From assembly GCF_050717545.1 (NCBI RefSeq), contig NZ_JBOITN010000045.1:3561-67560 (forward strand): a stretch of DNA of 64,000 nt, given 5' to 3'. The DNA is from Clostridium sp. Lineage in GTDB: Bacteria > Bacillota > Clostridia > Clostridiales > Clostridiaceae. Shown piece after piece: positions 30,392 through 40,161 of this stretch (position 1 is its first letter; every line of letters begins with the position of its first letter). Under the pieces are notes generated by a model. The model was not told the DNA's origin. It saw only the letters and a program-made list of their open reading frames with translations, and ran no database searches. Both the position numbers and the translations under genes were made by a program.

Positions 30392-31351
30392 TTAATTAAC
30401 AACATTAATTGGTTTGCCCTGAGTAAATGCTTCTATATTAAGTGCTATCAGTTTAATAAGTCTTTGCCTCGATTCAAAACGCTTCCACCCAATATGTGGA
30501 GTGATGATTACATTGTCCATTTCAAACAATGGGTTCGTCTGCTGAGCAGGCTCTGGGTCTTGAACATCAAGCGCTGCACCTGCTATCGTTCCATTTTGCA
30601 ATGCTTTAATTAAATCAGTTTCCTTTATTATCTGCCCCCTAGAAGTGTTTATTAGAAAAGCAGAAGGTTTCATTAATTCTATCTTATCCTTATCTATTAG
30701 ATGCAATGTATCAGATGTAAGTGGGCAGTGGATAGTAACAAAATCACTCTGTTTTAGTAATTCATCAAGTGAACCATAATGTACATTTAAGTTATCCAAA
30801 GGCTTCTGGGTCCTTGTATATATGATAATATTCATCCCTAGAGCCAAAGCAATTTTTATAACTGCCTGACCAATAGCGCCACCACCACCAATTACTCCAA
30901 GAGTTTTATTTTGTAGTTCAAAATGAGGAAGTTCTAAATGATTCGTAAAATTATCAAAATTTTTCTCCCTGACCATAATCTGCTGCTGGATAAGTGACGA
31001 GCTAAAATTCAAAATATAAGTGATTGCTAGTTGCGCAACCGCCTCAGTGCTGTAGCTAGGAATGTTACAAACCGTAATGTTTTTTTCTTTTGCCGCAGCA
31101 ATATCAATGTTATTATAGCCAGTGCCAGCCTCGCAAATAAGTTTAACCGAGTCTGGAAACTTGGAAATCAAATCCCTTCCCAAAGTCAATTCCTTCGTGA
31201 TTACAACAGTTTGATCTTTAACTCTCTCCAAAATATTTTTATCTACGCTTTCATCGTATTTTGTTAAAGTAGTAAACCTTTCCATTTGAGAAAAATCTAG
31301 TTTGTTATCAAAATTAAGTCTTGCCGAATTTAGAAATACTGTATTTTCCAT
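30392..31351 (-). CDS. D-isomer-specific 2-hydroxyacid dehydrogenase (glycerate/hydroxypyruvate reductase-like)
   Basis: NAD fold GVIGGGGAIGQAV, catalytic region LINTSRG...LDV...PHIGW. 319 aa. AGGAGG RBS. Confidence 0.85.
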   Translation of the reverse strand: MENTVFLNSARLNFDNKLDFSQMERFTTLTKYDESVDKNILERVKDQTVVITKELTLGRDLISKFPDSVKLICEAGTGYNNIDIAAAKEKNITVCNIPSYSTEAVAQLAITYILNFSSSLIQQQIMVREKNFDNFTNHLELPHFELQNKTLGVIGGGGAIGQAVIKIALALGMNIIIYTRTQKPLDNLNVHYGSLDELLKQSDFVTIHCPLTSDTLHLIDKDKIELMKPSAFLINTSRGQIIKETDLIKALQNGTIAGAALDVQDPEPAQQTNPLFEMDNVIITPHIGWKRFESRQRLIKLIALNIEAFTQGKPINVVN

Positions 31352-31538
31352 ATATACCTCCTAAAAATTTGTATACCCCATTCTGTTAAAATAATCAAAA
31401 AAGCTTTTATACTTATCATTCTACCACATATAATGTTATTTAAAACTATTGTCATAATAAATTCTAATTACTTAGACAACAGCTTTCTGATAAATACAAT
31501 GAATTATAATTATATTAATTGATAATTCAGCGTCTCTA

Positions 31539-32294
31539 GTGCATAATAAAAGGAGAATTTTAGTCAGGGAGGTGGACATCTTAAATATTTTAATAGCAGA
31601 GGATGACCAAGATTTAAGGCAACTACTGGAACTACACCTTATAAAAGAAGGTTTTACAGTATTTGATTCAGAAAATGGACTAAAAGCTTTGGAAATATTT
31701 AATAATAACGAAATCAATTTAGCTATTCTTGATGTAATGATGCCAGGTCTTGATGGTTTCAATTTACTTAGAAAAATTAGAGAAACAAGCGAAATTCCTG
31801 TAATGTTTTTAACTGCAAGAAGTGAAGATCCGGATAAAATATTAGGTCTAGGTCTAGGTGCAGACGATTATATGGTCAAACCATTTAATCCCATTGAATT
31901 AATAGCAAGAGTCCATGCACAGCTAAGAAGATCCTACAAGTATATAACAACGCTAAAAGCACCTGAGAATTCAATTATTAAAATAGGCGATTTAACTTTT
32001 GATAAAAACAGTTACAGTGTATATAAAGATGATAAACAACTAGAATGTAATGCAAAAGAGTTAAAACTTCTTCAAATCTTTATGGAAAATGTAGGCAGAG
32101 TATATACTAAAAAGCAACTTTATGAAGCGGTATGGGAAGAAGCCTATTATGGTGATGATAATACAATCATGGTACATATCAGCCATTTAAGAGACAAAAT
32201 TGAAGATAACCCAAAGTATCCTAAGTATTTAAAGACTATACGTGGAATCGGTTATAAACTAGAAAACAACTTAGGAATAAGGAATGAACTATGA
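31539..32294 (+). CDS. OmpR-family response regulator
   Basis: Receiver domain (ILIAEDD...LDVMMPGLDG) plus winged-helix domain (TIRGIGYKL). The start is ambiguous: the ATG at 31539 lacks an RBS and the GTG at 31572 sits within GGGAGGTG. Confidence 0.85.
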   Translation: MHNKRRILVREVDILNILIAEDDQDLRQLLELHLIKEGFTVFDSENGLKALEIFNNNEINLAILDVMMPGLDGFNLLRKIRETSEIPVMFLTARSEDPDKILGLGLGADDYMVKPFNPIELIARVHAQLRRSYKYITTLKAPENSIIKIGDLTFDKNSYSVYKDDKQLECNAKELKLLQIFMENVGRVYTKKQLYEAVWEEAYYGDDNTIMVHISHLRDKIEDNPKYPKYLKTIRGIGYKLENNLGIRNEL

Positions 32295-33697
32295 GAAAAA
32301 AGAAAGTAGCAAACATGCTTTTGACAAATTATATATTACTGTTTATATTTTCTACAATAATTTTCATTGTAGTCTCCATAATTATTTCAGTTAGTTTTAA
32401 AGGATTAATAAAATTCGAAGAAATATCAGAACTATCAGCTGCTCAGGTTATGAAAGATGATTATAAAAACATAGATTTTTCTAAGATTTTAAAGTATAAA
32501 GGCGGAATCCAGGTAATTGATAAAAATTATAAAGTTGTTTTTTCAAGAGGAATAAACCCTCAAAATGTAAACCAGTATACTAAGAGTGAATTCAGTGAAT
32601 TTCTAATTAATAGCGGCAAATCTCTAAGGCAATACCATTATAGTGTATCTTATAATAGTAATAACGATTTTTGGCTAGAAATTGTCATTCCCCGTAAACC
32701 ACAATTAGTTAATGGTATTTTTTTCGATAGAGAAGGAATTCCAATAGCTATAGATAATTTTATATTTATTTTATTTTTAGGTGCTCTAATTAATATTACC
32801 TCTTTTATTTTCGGTCTTTTTTTCTACTCAAGAATTACCTCTAACAATTTCGTAAAACCACTAAAAAAGTTATTAAGCGGAGTTACAAGAATTGAAAGTG
32901 GCGATTATTCTGCAAGGGTTGAGTTAAAATCTAAAAATGAATTTGGAGATCTTAAAGATGCCTTTAACCTAATGGCCAAAAAAATTGAAAGCGAAAAAAA
33001 TCTAAAAGAGAAATCTCAAGATAACAGGAGAAAACTAATATTAGATATTTCTCATGATTTAAAAACCCCACTGTCCAATATTATAGGTTACTCAGATTTG
33101 TTATTAAATAATAAGGCTATATCCGATAATGACCGAGAAAAATTTCTAGCTGTAATACTAAATAATGGCACAAGAGCTAATAGTTTAATAGGTGATTTAT
33201 TTGAATTATCTAAAATGGGAAGCCCAGATTTTAAGCTTAAACTTAAAAGCATAGATATTTGTGAATACTTGAGGGAACTTATAGCCTCAATAATTCCTCA
33301 AATAGAAAAAGCAGGTTTTGAGTCTTGTTTTGAGATACCAGTCGGCAAAAAAATTATTCTTATTGATGGGACGCAAATCGATCGTGCCCTTCTTAACATT
33401 CTTAATAACGCGTTAAAATATAACCCACCAGGTACCAAAATAAAAATAGTATTAAAGAATTATCTAAGCAAAGTAGTAATAGAAATCGAGGATAACGGTA
33501 TTGGAATTCCCCCTGAGATGTCTGATGAAATTTTTGAACCTTTTAAAGGAGTGGATAGCGCAAGGAATTCTCAAACTGGAGGTACTGGCCTCGGCCTTGC
33601 AATTACTAAAACTATTATCGAAAAACATAATGGACAAATAAGTCTTGAAACTGAAACTGGAAAAGGATGCAAGTTCATAATAGAACTAAGTAGCTAA
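32291..33697 (+). CDS. Sensor histidine kinase (2 TM, HAMP, HisKA, HATPase_c)
   Basis: H-box DISHDLKTPLS, N-box LNNALKYN, G-boxes EDNGIGI and GGTGLGLAI. A 4-nt ATGA overlap with the regulator gene. Confidence 0.9.
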   Translation: MRKKKVANMLLTNYILLFIFSTIIFIVVSIIISVSFKGLIKFEEISELSAAQVMKDDYKNIDFSKILKYKGGIQVIDKNYKVVFSRGINPQNVNQYTKSEFSEFLINSGKSLRQYHYSVSYNSNNDFWLEIVIPRKPQLVNGIFFDREGIPIAIDNFIFILFLGALINITSFIFGLFFYSRITSNNFVKPLKKLLSGVTRIESGDYSARVELKSKNEFGDLKDAFNLMAKKIESEKNLKEKSQDNRRKLILDISHDLKTPLSNIIGYSDLLLNNKAISDNDREKFLAVILNNGTRANSLIGDLFELSKMGSPDFKLKLKSIDICEYLRELIASIIPQIEKAGFESCFEIPVGKKIILIDGTQIDRALLNILNNALKYNPPGTKIKIVLKNYLSKVVIEIEDNGIGIPPEMSDEIFEPFKGVDSARNSQTGGTGLGLAITKTIIEKHNGQISLETETGKGCKFIIELSS

Positions 33698-33729
33698 TAG
33701 TTACCTCAAGATAGAATTAATGTTTTTAT

Positions 33730-33770
33730 ATTTAAGGTAGATTTAAGGTTAATACAGTGTCCATTTAAGA
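33730..33770 (+). promoter_or_regulatory. Three helically phased direct repeats (candidate response-regulator boxes) over the ABC promoter
   Basis: ATTTAAGGT at 33730 and 33741, ATTTAAGA at 33763 (offsets 11 and 22 bp). The last repeat overlaps a TTAAGA -35, with ATATAT 17 nt downstream. Confidence 0.5.
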
Positions 33771-33832
33771 TTCAGTTGCTATTATGAATATATAAACTTA
33801 GGAATACACTAATGGATCGGAAGGAGTTATTT

Positions 33833-35920
33833 ATGCTTTTATCACTAAACAATTTATCAAAGGAATATTTTCTAGAAAAAAAGAAAAGTTTTAACGCTCT
33901 TAGCTCTGTAAATCTTAATTTTGAAAAAGGAGAATTTGTTTCAATATTAGGACCATCGGGATGTGGAAAATCCACTCTTTTAAATATAATTGCGGGCCTT
34001 GATCAACCAACTTCGGGTGATCTTGTAATTGAAGGTAAATCAACTAAAAAATACAAAAAAAAGAATTGGGATTTATATCGTAAAAATAATATAGGTTTCG
34101 TTTTTCAGTCTTTTAACTTAATTGAACATTTATCTGCACTTGAAAATGTTGAAATTGTAATGAACTTAATTGGTCTACCAAAAAAGAAACGAATTGAACG
34201 TGCTAAAAGTTTGCTTATACAGGTAGGTCTTGAAAAACATATGGATCATAAACCTGGTGAATTATCTGGAGGCCAAAAACAACGTGTTGCAATTGCTCGT
34301 GCACTTGCAAATGATCCAGATATAATACTAGCAGATGAACCAACTGGTGCACTTGATAAAAAAACAGGTATTCAAATTATGGAGCTTATAAAAGAAGTTG
34401 CCAGTGATAAGTTAATTATTATGGTTACTCACAATCGTGAGCTAGCATACGAATATTCTACCCGAGTTGTAGCCATCTTAGATGGAAAAATACAAAATGA
34501 CGAAACAATTAATGAATCTGAAACCAATGATGTTAAATCAGAACTAACAAAGAAAGATGGCAGCATGTCTTTTGGAAATGCAATAAAAATATCCTTAAGA
34601 AATCTTAAAAAGAAAACGGGACGAATAATCGTAACTACTATTGCAGGTTCAATTGGAATAGCAGGTATTCTATTAGTTGTGGGTCTTAGTAATGGGGCAA
34701 CCGATTATATAGATGTACAAACAAATTCTTTTGCTAGCGCTAATATAATACAAACTACTATGAAATTTAAGGATGCGACTGTGCAAAAAACTAATTATCC
34801 AAAGAACATAAATGTCTATGATAGCATTAAAAAAAATCCTGACGTGTTAAAAATTAGAGAAAACTTAAATATTAAAGATATTACTTCATATGAGGTAAAC
34901 AATGAAATTTTAAAAGATATTACCTTTAATTCACTTGCTGGCGAAAATTATCTTTCAAACATAGACCATGCATTGACTGGTAGTGTTCCAAAAGATAATA
35001 AAAATGAATTATTAGTAAATAAAGATATGGCTAAGAAAATCATCGAAAAGTATGGCATGAACCCTGACACAGGTGATTATTCAAAAGCTATTGGTAAAAA
35101 GATAAATGTAGTAATTCAAGAAAAAACTACAAACCCACTTACTGGGGATGAAATTTTAGGTAAAAAATATACACATGATTTCACAGTTGTTGGAGTTGTG
35201 AACGAAATTGCTCTAAGCTCAGCTGCTGTATATTATTCTTATGATGCTGTTAATACATGGCTTAACGATGATGGCTACTTCGAATCGAAAGAAAACCGCG
35301 TTGTAAATGCAGAAGTTGTTATAAAAGATGTTCATAACAATGAAACAGTACTCAATTATATTAATGCAACTGAAAATGGCGGTATTGGTGGAAGTAAAAT
35401 GACTGAGGAAAAGGGATTCTCTGCAACCTCGCAAATTGTTATGGTTAAAACTGCTATTAAAACTTTAATTAATTTAGCAGAGGCAGTTATGATTGTATTT
35501 ATTTCACTTGCCTTAGTAGTTTCAACAATTTTAATAGGTATTGTAATCTTCTCAAGTGTCCTTGAACGTAAAAAAGAAATAGGAATTCTTAAGGCTGTGG
35601 GAGCAAGAAATAAAGATATTGCTCGTATTTTTAAAGCTGAGTCTGCATTGATTGGTCTTTTTGCAGGAGTCACTGGAGTAATCGTAGCTTTTATAATACA
35701 ACCACTTGCAAATAGAATAATCAATGATGTATTAAATATTGATGCAAATAATATAGTAAATATTCCATTAACAGGTATTCCATTTACAGATATTAAAGTT
35801 CCCTTTGTAACTATAATCGGTCTAATTGTTATCAGCATCTTAGTTGCAGTTTTAGCGGGACACTTTCCATCTAAAAGAGCAACAAAAATTCAAGTTATTG
35901 ACGCATTGCGTGATGAATAG
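33833..35920 (+). CDS. MacB-type fused ABC protein (N-terminal ATPase + FtsX-family 4-TM permease with large extracytoplasmic loop)
   Basis: [35 protein letters not shown], then TM1, a loop of roughly 280 aa and three TMs. The ATG at 33833 follows GGAAGGAG by 7 nt. Confidence 0.85.
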   Translation: MLLSLNNLSKEYFLEKKKSFNALSSVNLNFEKGEFVSILGPSGCGKSTLLNIIAGLDQPTSGDLVIEGKSTKKYKKKNWDLYRKNNIGFVFQSFNLIEHLSALENVEIVMNLIGLPKKKRIERAKSLLIQVGLEKHMDHKPGELSGGQKQRVAIARALANDPDIILADEPTGALDKKTGIQIMELIKEVASDKLIIMVTHNRELAYEYSTRVVAILDGKIQNDETINESETNDVKSELTKKDGSMSFGNAIKISLRNLKKKTGRIIVTTIAGSIGIAGILLVVGLSNGATDYIDVQTNSFASANIIQTTMKFKDATVQKTNYPKNINVYDSIKKNPDVLKIRENLNIKDITSYEVNNEILKDITFNSLAGENYLSNIDHALTGSVPKDNKNELLVNKDMAKKIIEKYGMNPDTGDYSKAIGKKINVVIQEKTTNPLTGDEILGKKYTHDFTVVGVVNEIALSSAAVYYSYDAVNTWLNDDGYFESKENRVVNAEVVIKDVHNNETVLNYINATENGGIGGSKMTEEKGFSATSQIVMVKTAIKTLINLAEAVMIVFISLALVVSTILIGIVIFSSVLERKKEIGILKAVGARNKDIARIFKAESALIGLFAGVTGVIVAFIIQPLANRIINDVLNIDANNIVNIPLTGIPFTDIKVPFVTIIGLIVISILVAVLAGHFPSKRATKIQVIDALRDE

Positions 35921-35932
35921 GAGGGGTAGTAA

Positions 35933-38002
35933 ATGTTACAGATTAAAAATTTAAGAAAAATATATACAATTGGTAAAAATAAAGTTATAGCACTCGATGA
36001 CATTTCTTTTGATTTACCTAATGGAAAACTCGTAGCAATTGTTGGACCTTCTGGTTGTGGGAAAACAACAATGATGAACTTAATAGGAGCTTTAGATGCA
36101 AATTTTGAGGGTGACGTTATTGTCAACGGTAAATCCTTAAAAGAGGCAGGGCAAAAAGACCTAGATACTTATAGAAAAAACACAGTAGGTTTTATTTTTC
36201 AACAATTTAATTTACTTAACTCATTAACATCAGCGCAAAATGTAGAACTTGCTTTAGATTTATCAGGATACTCAAAACAAGATAAAGTAAAAAAAGCGCG
36301 TATTCTACTTGAGCGAGTTGGACTCACAGATCAGATTAAAAAGAAAGTAAACCTTCTGTCAGGTGGTCAACGTCAAAGGGTTGCTATAGCTCGCGCACTT
36401 GCTAATGACCCAGAAATAATTTTAGCTGATGAACCAACTGGTGCCTTAGATGTTAAAACTGGTGAGCAGGTTATGGATTTATTAAAAGAAATTTCAAAGG
36501 AAAAACTAGTACTCATGGTTACCCATGCACCTGACCTTGCAAAGGCTTATGCAGATTTAATCGTAACAATGGAAGATGGTAAATTAGTTTCTATTGAAGA
36601 AAATTCAACCTCGATTTCAACTGAAAATACAACTGCAACCGACAAAATAGAAACAAAATCAAAGATGTCATTTTTGGCAGCACTAAAAATGTCTCTTCGT
36701 AACGCATGGTTAAAAAAAGGTAGGACCATTGCAACGGCCATAGGAACTTCTATAGGAATAAGTGGAATTGCTTTAGCTATAGCTATTACCTCTGGGACCA
36801 CTAGTGCAGTTAATACTCAGGTTAACGGTATATTTCCATCAAATGCAATAACTGTAGGACTCAAAGAAAATACCGATAAAGCTATAAGAGATTTAAAACC
36901 TATGAAATATAGTGATATAAACTCAGTTATGTCCTTGAATAAAGATATATATGCATATAACTTTCAAATTGGAGGCACTGGAGTTCCCGTTGCAAGTTTT
37001 TATTCTTTAGACCAAAATATAATTAAAGATGAAAAGTTAATGTCTAAACTTTCTGACCAAGCAACTCGCGAAAAATTAGTTATGATGATGGCACCAGGGG
37101 TTCTTCAAGATGTTAAAAATGATATTCAATATGGAACCCTTCCCAAGGCTAACTCTACAGATGAAATTGTTATTTCACTTTCAACCGCTAAGGATTTAGA
37201 AAAAAACGGTGGTGAATTAAAAGATTTAATTGGTAAAGATATTTATGTTCGTTATCTAAAACAAGGTTCCAATCCACATAGCGACCAAGGTGGAGTCACC
37301 CAAGTGCCTATAGTTAAAACTTGGAAAGTAGCTGGAATTGCCAATACTACAACCTTAATAGACACCTATTATGCAACAAGCGATTGGGCATTTAATTTTT
37401 ATGAGAAAGAATTTAAAATAGATAAATCGACTTTAGAAACTAACGCCTTTGTCTTATTTTCTAGTAATAATAAAGAATTAGACGCACAGCTAAAAACATT
37501 AAATGATTCACAAGATAAATACACATTTAATTTAACTGCTAAAACAATCTCCGCGCAAGTTGATGGAGCAATGAAACAAGTGCGTTATGCACTACTAGGC
37601 TTTGCTGGAATATCCATTCTTGTAGCAGCCTTAATGATATCAATTGTTGTTTATATTTCTGTACTAGAAAGAATAAATGAAATAGGTATACTTCGCGCAG
37701 TAGGTGCAAGAAAAAGAGATATATTAAATGTTTTCGTTGCTGAATCATTCATTATTGGTGTGTTATCAGCAGGCATTGGTTTACTGTTTACTCTAGGTAT
37801 ATCTAAAGTCATTAACTCAGCAATTTATGGTTTCCTTCAGAATATTTCTGAGAATGCTCCTTATATGGAAGTTGCTAAATTACCTCTTGGTGATGCTGGT
37901 TTAATTTTATTGTTCTGCGTAGTGTTAAGTATGATTTCAGGATTCTATCCATCTTTAAAGGCTTCAAAAATGGATCCTATAGATGCATTACGTAGTAGAT
38001 AA
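35933..38002 (+). CDS. Second MacB-type fused ABC ATPase-permease (paralogue of the preceding gene)
   Basis: GPSGCGKTT, LSGGQRQRVAIARAL, ILADEPTGALD and the same FtsX-type topology. AGGAGGGG RBS. Lies 12 nt after the preceding stop. Confidence 0.85.
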   Translation: MLQIKNLRKIYTIGKNKVIALDDISFDLPNGKLVAIVGPSGCGKTTMMNLIGALDANFEGDVIVNGKSLKEAGQKDLDTYRKNTVGFIFQQFNLLNSLTSAQNVELALDLSGYSKQDKVKKARILLERVGLTDQIKKKVNLLSGGQRQRVAIARALANDPEIILADEPTGALDVKTGEQVMDLLKEISKEKLVLMVTHAPDLAKAYADLIVTMEDGKLVSIEENSTSISTENTTATDKIETKSKMSFLAALKMSLRNAWLKKGRTIATAIGTSIGISGIALAIAITSGTTSAVNTQVNGIFPSNAITVGLKENTDKAIRDLKPMKYSDINSVMSLNKDIYAYNFQIGGTGVPVASFYSLDQNIIKDEKLMSKLSDQATREKLVMMMAPGVLQDVKNDIQYGTLPKANSTDEIVISLSTAKDLEKNGGELKDLIGKDIYVRYLKQGSNPHSDQGGVTQVPIVKTWKVAGIANTTTLIDTYYATSDWAFNFYEKEFKIDKSTLETNAFVLFSSNNKELDAQLKTLNDSQDKYTFNLTAKTISAQVDGAMKQVRYALLGFAGISILVAALMISIVVYISVLERINEIGILRAVGARKRDILNVFVAESFIIGVLSAGIGLLFTLGISKVINSAIYGFLQNISENAPYMEVAKLPLGDAGLILLFCVVLSMISGFYPSLKASKMDPIDALRSR

Positions 38003-38076
38003 GTAAAAAATAGTGTATACTATATTTAAATTTCATTATAATATATAACGTACAGTAAACTAGGTGGTGATAATAA

Positions 38077-38337
38077 ATGAAACCCGTATTAATGTTTATA
38101 ACAAGTTGGTGTCCATATTGTAAAAGAGCATATTCTATGATCAATGACTTAAAGAATACTCATCCAGAATTTGAAAATATTGAGGTTACTATAATAGATG
38201 AAGAGCGTCAACCAGAAATAGCTAATCAATATGATTACTATTATGTTCCCACTTTCTATGTTGATGGAGTTAAGTTATATGAAGGAGTACCTTCTAAAGC
38301 TATTATTCAAAAAGTATTTGAAGATGCAATTAAATAG
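38077..38337 (+). CDS. Thioredoxin-fold protein with glutaredoxin-type CPYC active site
   Basis: 86 aa with WCPYC near the N-terminus and a cis-Pro region YYVPTFY. Confidence 0.8.
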   Translation: MKPVLMFITSWCPYCKRAYSMINDLKNTHPEFENIEVTIIDEERQPEIANQYDYYYVPTFYVDGVKLYEGVPSKAIIQKVFEDAIK

Positions 38338-38362
38338 AGACTACCTTTGCACAAAATAAAAA

Positions 38363-38404
38363 GGGACTGTATCAAAATAGATATCTCTATTTTGATACAG
38401 TCCC
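38363..38404. terminator. Very strong bidirectional terminator
   Basis: 18-bp perfect stem gggactgtatcaaaatag / ctattttgatacagtccc, flanked by an A-run upstream and T-rich sequence downstream. Sits between convergent genes. Confidence 0.85.
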
Positions 38405-38467
38405 TTAATTGCAGCATATGCGTATCTTTGATGTAGTTAAATCATCTCCTACGGAGCTGAAATGTCA

Positions 38468-38740
38468 TTAAATAAAATTTTGTTCTTTGCTTTTATCTAC
38501 TCTATCAATAAATTCTACATCTTCAAGGGATGCTAAAGCATCTTCCGCTGTAATATCATCTTTAACTTTAGCATAAAGAATTATATCTCTATTTACGTCT
38601 CCATCCCACTCAAAATCAGTCATTACGCTACTAATCCCTAGATATTCACCCATGGTATTAGCACTAATGTTAGTACCTCTATAAGTATCAAGACCCTCCT
38701 GCGTTATTGTAATTTCATAAACTTTGTCATTATTGGGCAT
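38468..38740 (-). CDS. Small acidic protein, paralogue A (VMTDFEWD motif), unknown function
   Basis: 90 aa, AGGAGG RBS. 39 of 84 positions are identical to the ORF at 41147-41401 in a gapless alignment. Confidence 0.75.
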   Translation of the reverse strand: MPNNDKVYEITITQEGLDTYRGTNISANTMGEYLGISSVMTDFEWDGDVNRDIILYAKVKDDITAEDALASLEDVEFIDRVDKSKEQNFI

Positions 38741-38988
38741 ATATTATTCCTCCTACTAATTTTTTTAACTTCATGATTTTAATGTTCTACAAAATCATAA
38801 ATATATACTTATATTCTTTACTTTTTTTAAAAATTCTAACACTAGAAGACATAATACTATTTTTATATGACATTATACAATGGCTTTTGCATTTTATTGA
38901 TCGTATAATTGTATGTATGGTTAAACCTTAAATCTAATTAAATTAAATAACAATTTTATTAATACACATAATAAGGGGATGTAAAATA

Positions 38989-40122
38989 ATGAAGTATAGA
39001 ACTTATGGTAATACAAATGAAAAAGTTTCCGTTTTAGGATTTGGTTGCATGAGGTTACCCGAAGTTGAAATAAAGGGCAATTGGTATATAGATGAAGATA
39101 AAGCTTTACCTATGCTTAACAAAGCTTATGTAAACGGTATTAATTATTTCGACTCAGCTCCATATTACTGTCATAGTAATAGTGAAGAGGCTATGGGAAA
39201 GGCTTTAAAAAATGTACGAGGCAATGTAAAGTTAACTACAAAGCTCCCTGTTGATGAAGTTAAAAGCCCATCTGATTTAAGGAGATTTCTTGAAAATAGC
39301 CTTAAAAAAATGGATACATCCTGTATTGATTTTTATCATTTTTGGGGTATGAATTTAACTAAACTTGGGATTGCTAAAACCAATGATCTTTTTAATGAAG
39401 CACGAAAGGCAAAAGAAGAAGGATTAATAAAACATTTAAGTTTTTCTTTTCATGATGCACCTGAAAACATGATAAAAATTATTGATGCCGGCGCTGGACT
39501 TTTTGATTCTGTTTTATGCCAGTACAATCTTCTTGACAGGGCTAATGAAAAGTCTATTGCTTATGCCAGATCAAAAGGGCTGGGAGTAGCAGCAATGGGA
39601 CCTGTAGCAGGTGGAAGACTTGCAGCACCCACGGAGCTTTATAAGAAACTTACTGGTAAAGAATCTATAGCTACCTACGAGCTAGCTTTAAGGTTTGTTT
39701 TAGGAAATGAAGATATAAGTATTGCTCTATCAGGCATGGAGAATATGAACATGTTAGAGAAAAATTTGGCTATTGCAAATCTTGATACTTATATGACCAA
39801 ATCTGAATGGGACAAAATTGGGCTTGCTATGGAAGAGACTAAGAAGTTTTCAGAGTTATATTGCACAGGCTGCAATTACTGTCAGCCCTGTCCAAAAAAC
39901 ATAGTTATTCCTAAAATATTTAATATGTATACTTACCACAATGTTTATGGCTTAACAGGAGTAGCAAAAAAAGAATTTGAAGAGTATAAGAAGAATCCAG
40001 AAAAGGGTGCTTTACCTGAGGCCTGCGTAGATTGTGGCATGTGTGAGGAAAAATGTCCACAACATCTTAAAATAAGAAACGAATTAAAAAGAGTAGTTAA
40101 TGTTTTAGAAGGAATAATATAA
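38989..40122 (+). CDS. Aldo/keto reductase with C-terminal 4Fe-4S cluster-binding extension
   Basis: AKR N-terminus (LGFGCMRLP, FDSAPYY) plus CTGCNYCQPCP and CVDCGMCEEKCP. Confidence 0.85.
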   Translation: MKYRTYGNTNEKVSVLGFGCMRLPEVEIKGNWYIDEDKALPMLNKAYVNGINYFDSAPYYCHSNSEEAMGKALKNVRGNVKLTTKLPVDEVKSPSDLRRFLENSLKKMDTSCIDFYHFWGMNLTKLGIAKTNDLFNEARKAKEEGLIKHLSFSFHDAPENMIKIIDAGAGLFDSVLCQYNLLDRANEKSIAYARSKGLGVAAMGPVAGGRLAAPTELYKKLTGKESIATYELALRFVLGNEDISIALSGMENMNMLEKNLAIANLDTYMTKSEWDKIGLAMEETKKFSELYCTGCNYCQPCPKNIVIPKIFNMYTYHNVYGLTGVAKKEFEEYKKNPEKGALPEACVDCGMCEEKCPQHLKIRNELKRVVNVLEGII

Positions 40123-40161
40123 AACATATAATACACTAGATATAAAAAGGAGTTTTTAATT

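Noticed and set aside
31472-31762. Minus-strand 96-aa ORF across the start of the response-regulator gene. The analogous ORFs at 33772-33975, 35219-35838, 35890-36126, 36547-36801, 37539-37748 and 39945-40199 are similar.
   Set aside because: They are antisense to well-supported plus-strand genes (RR, the two ABC fusions, the AKR) and have no RBS or motif support.
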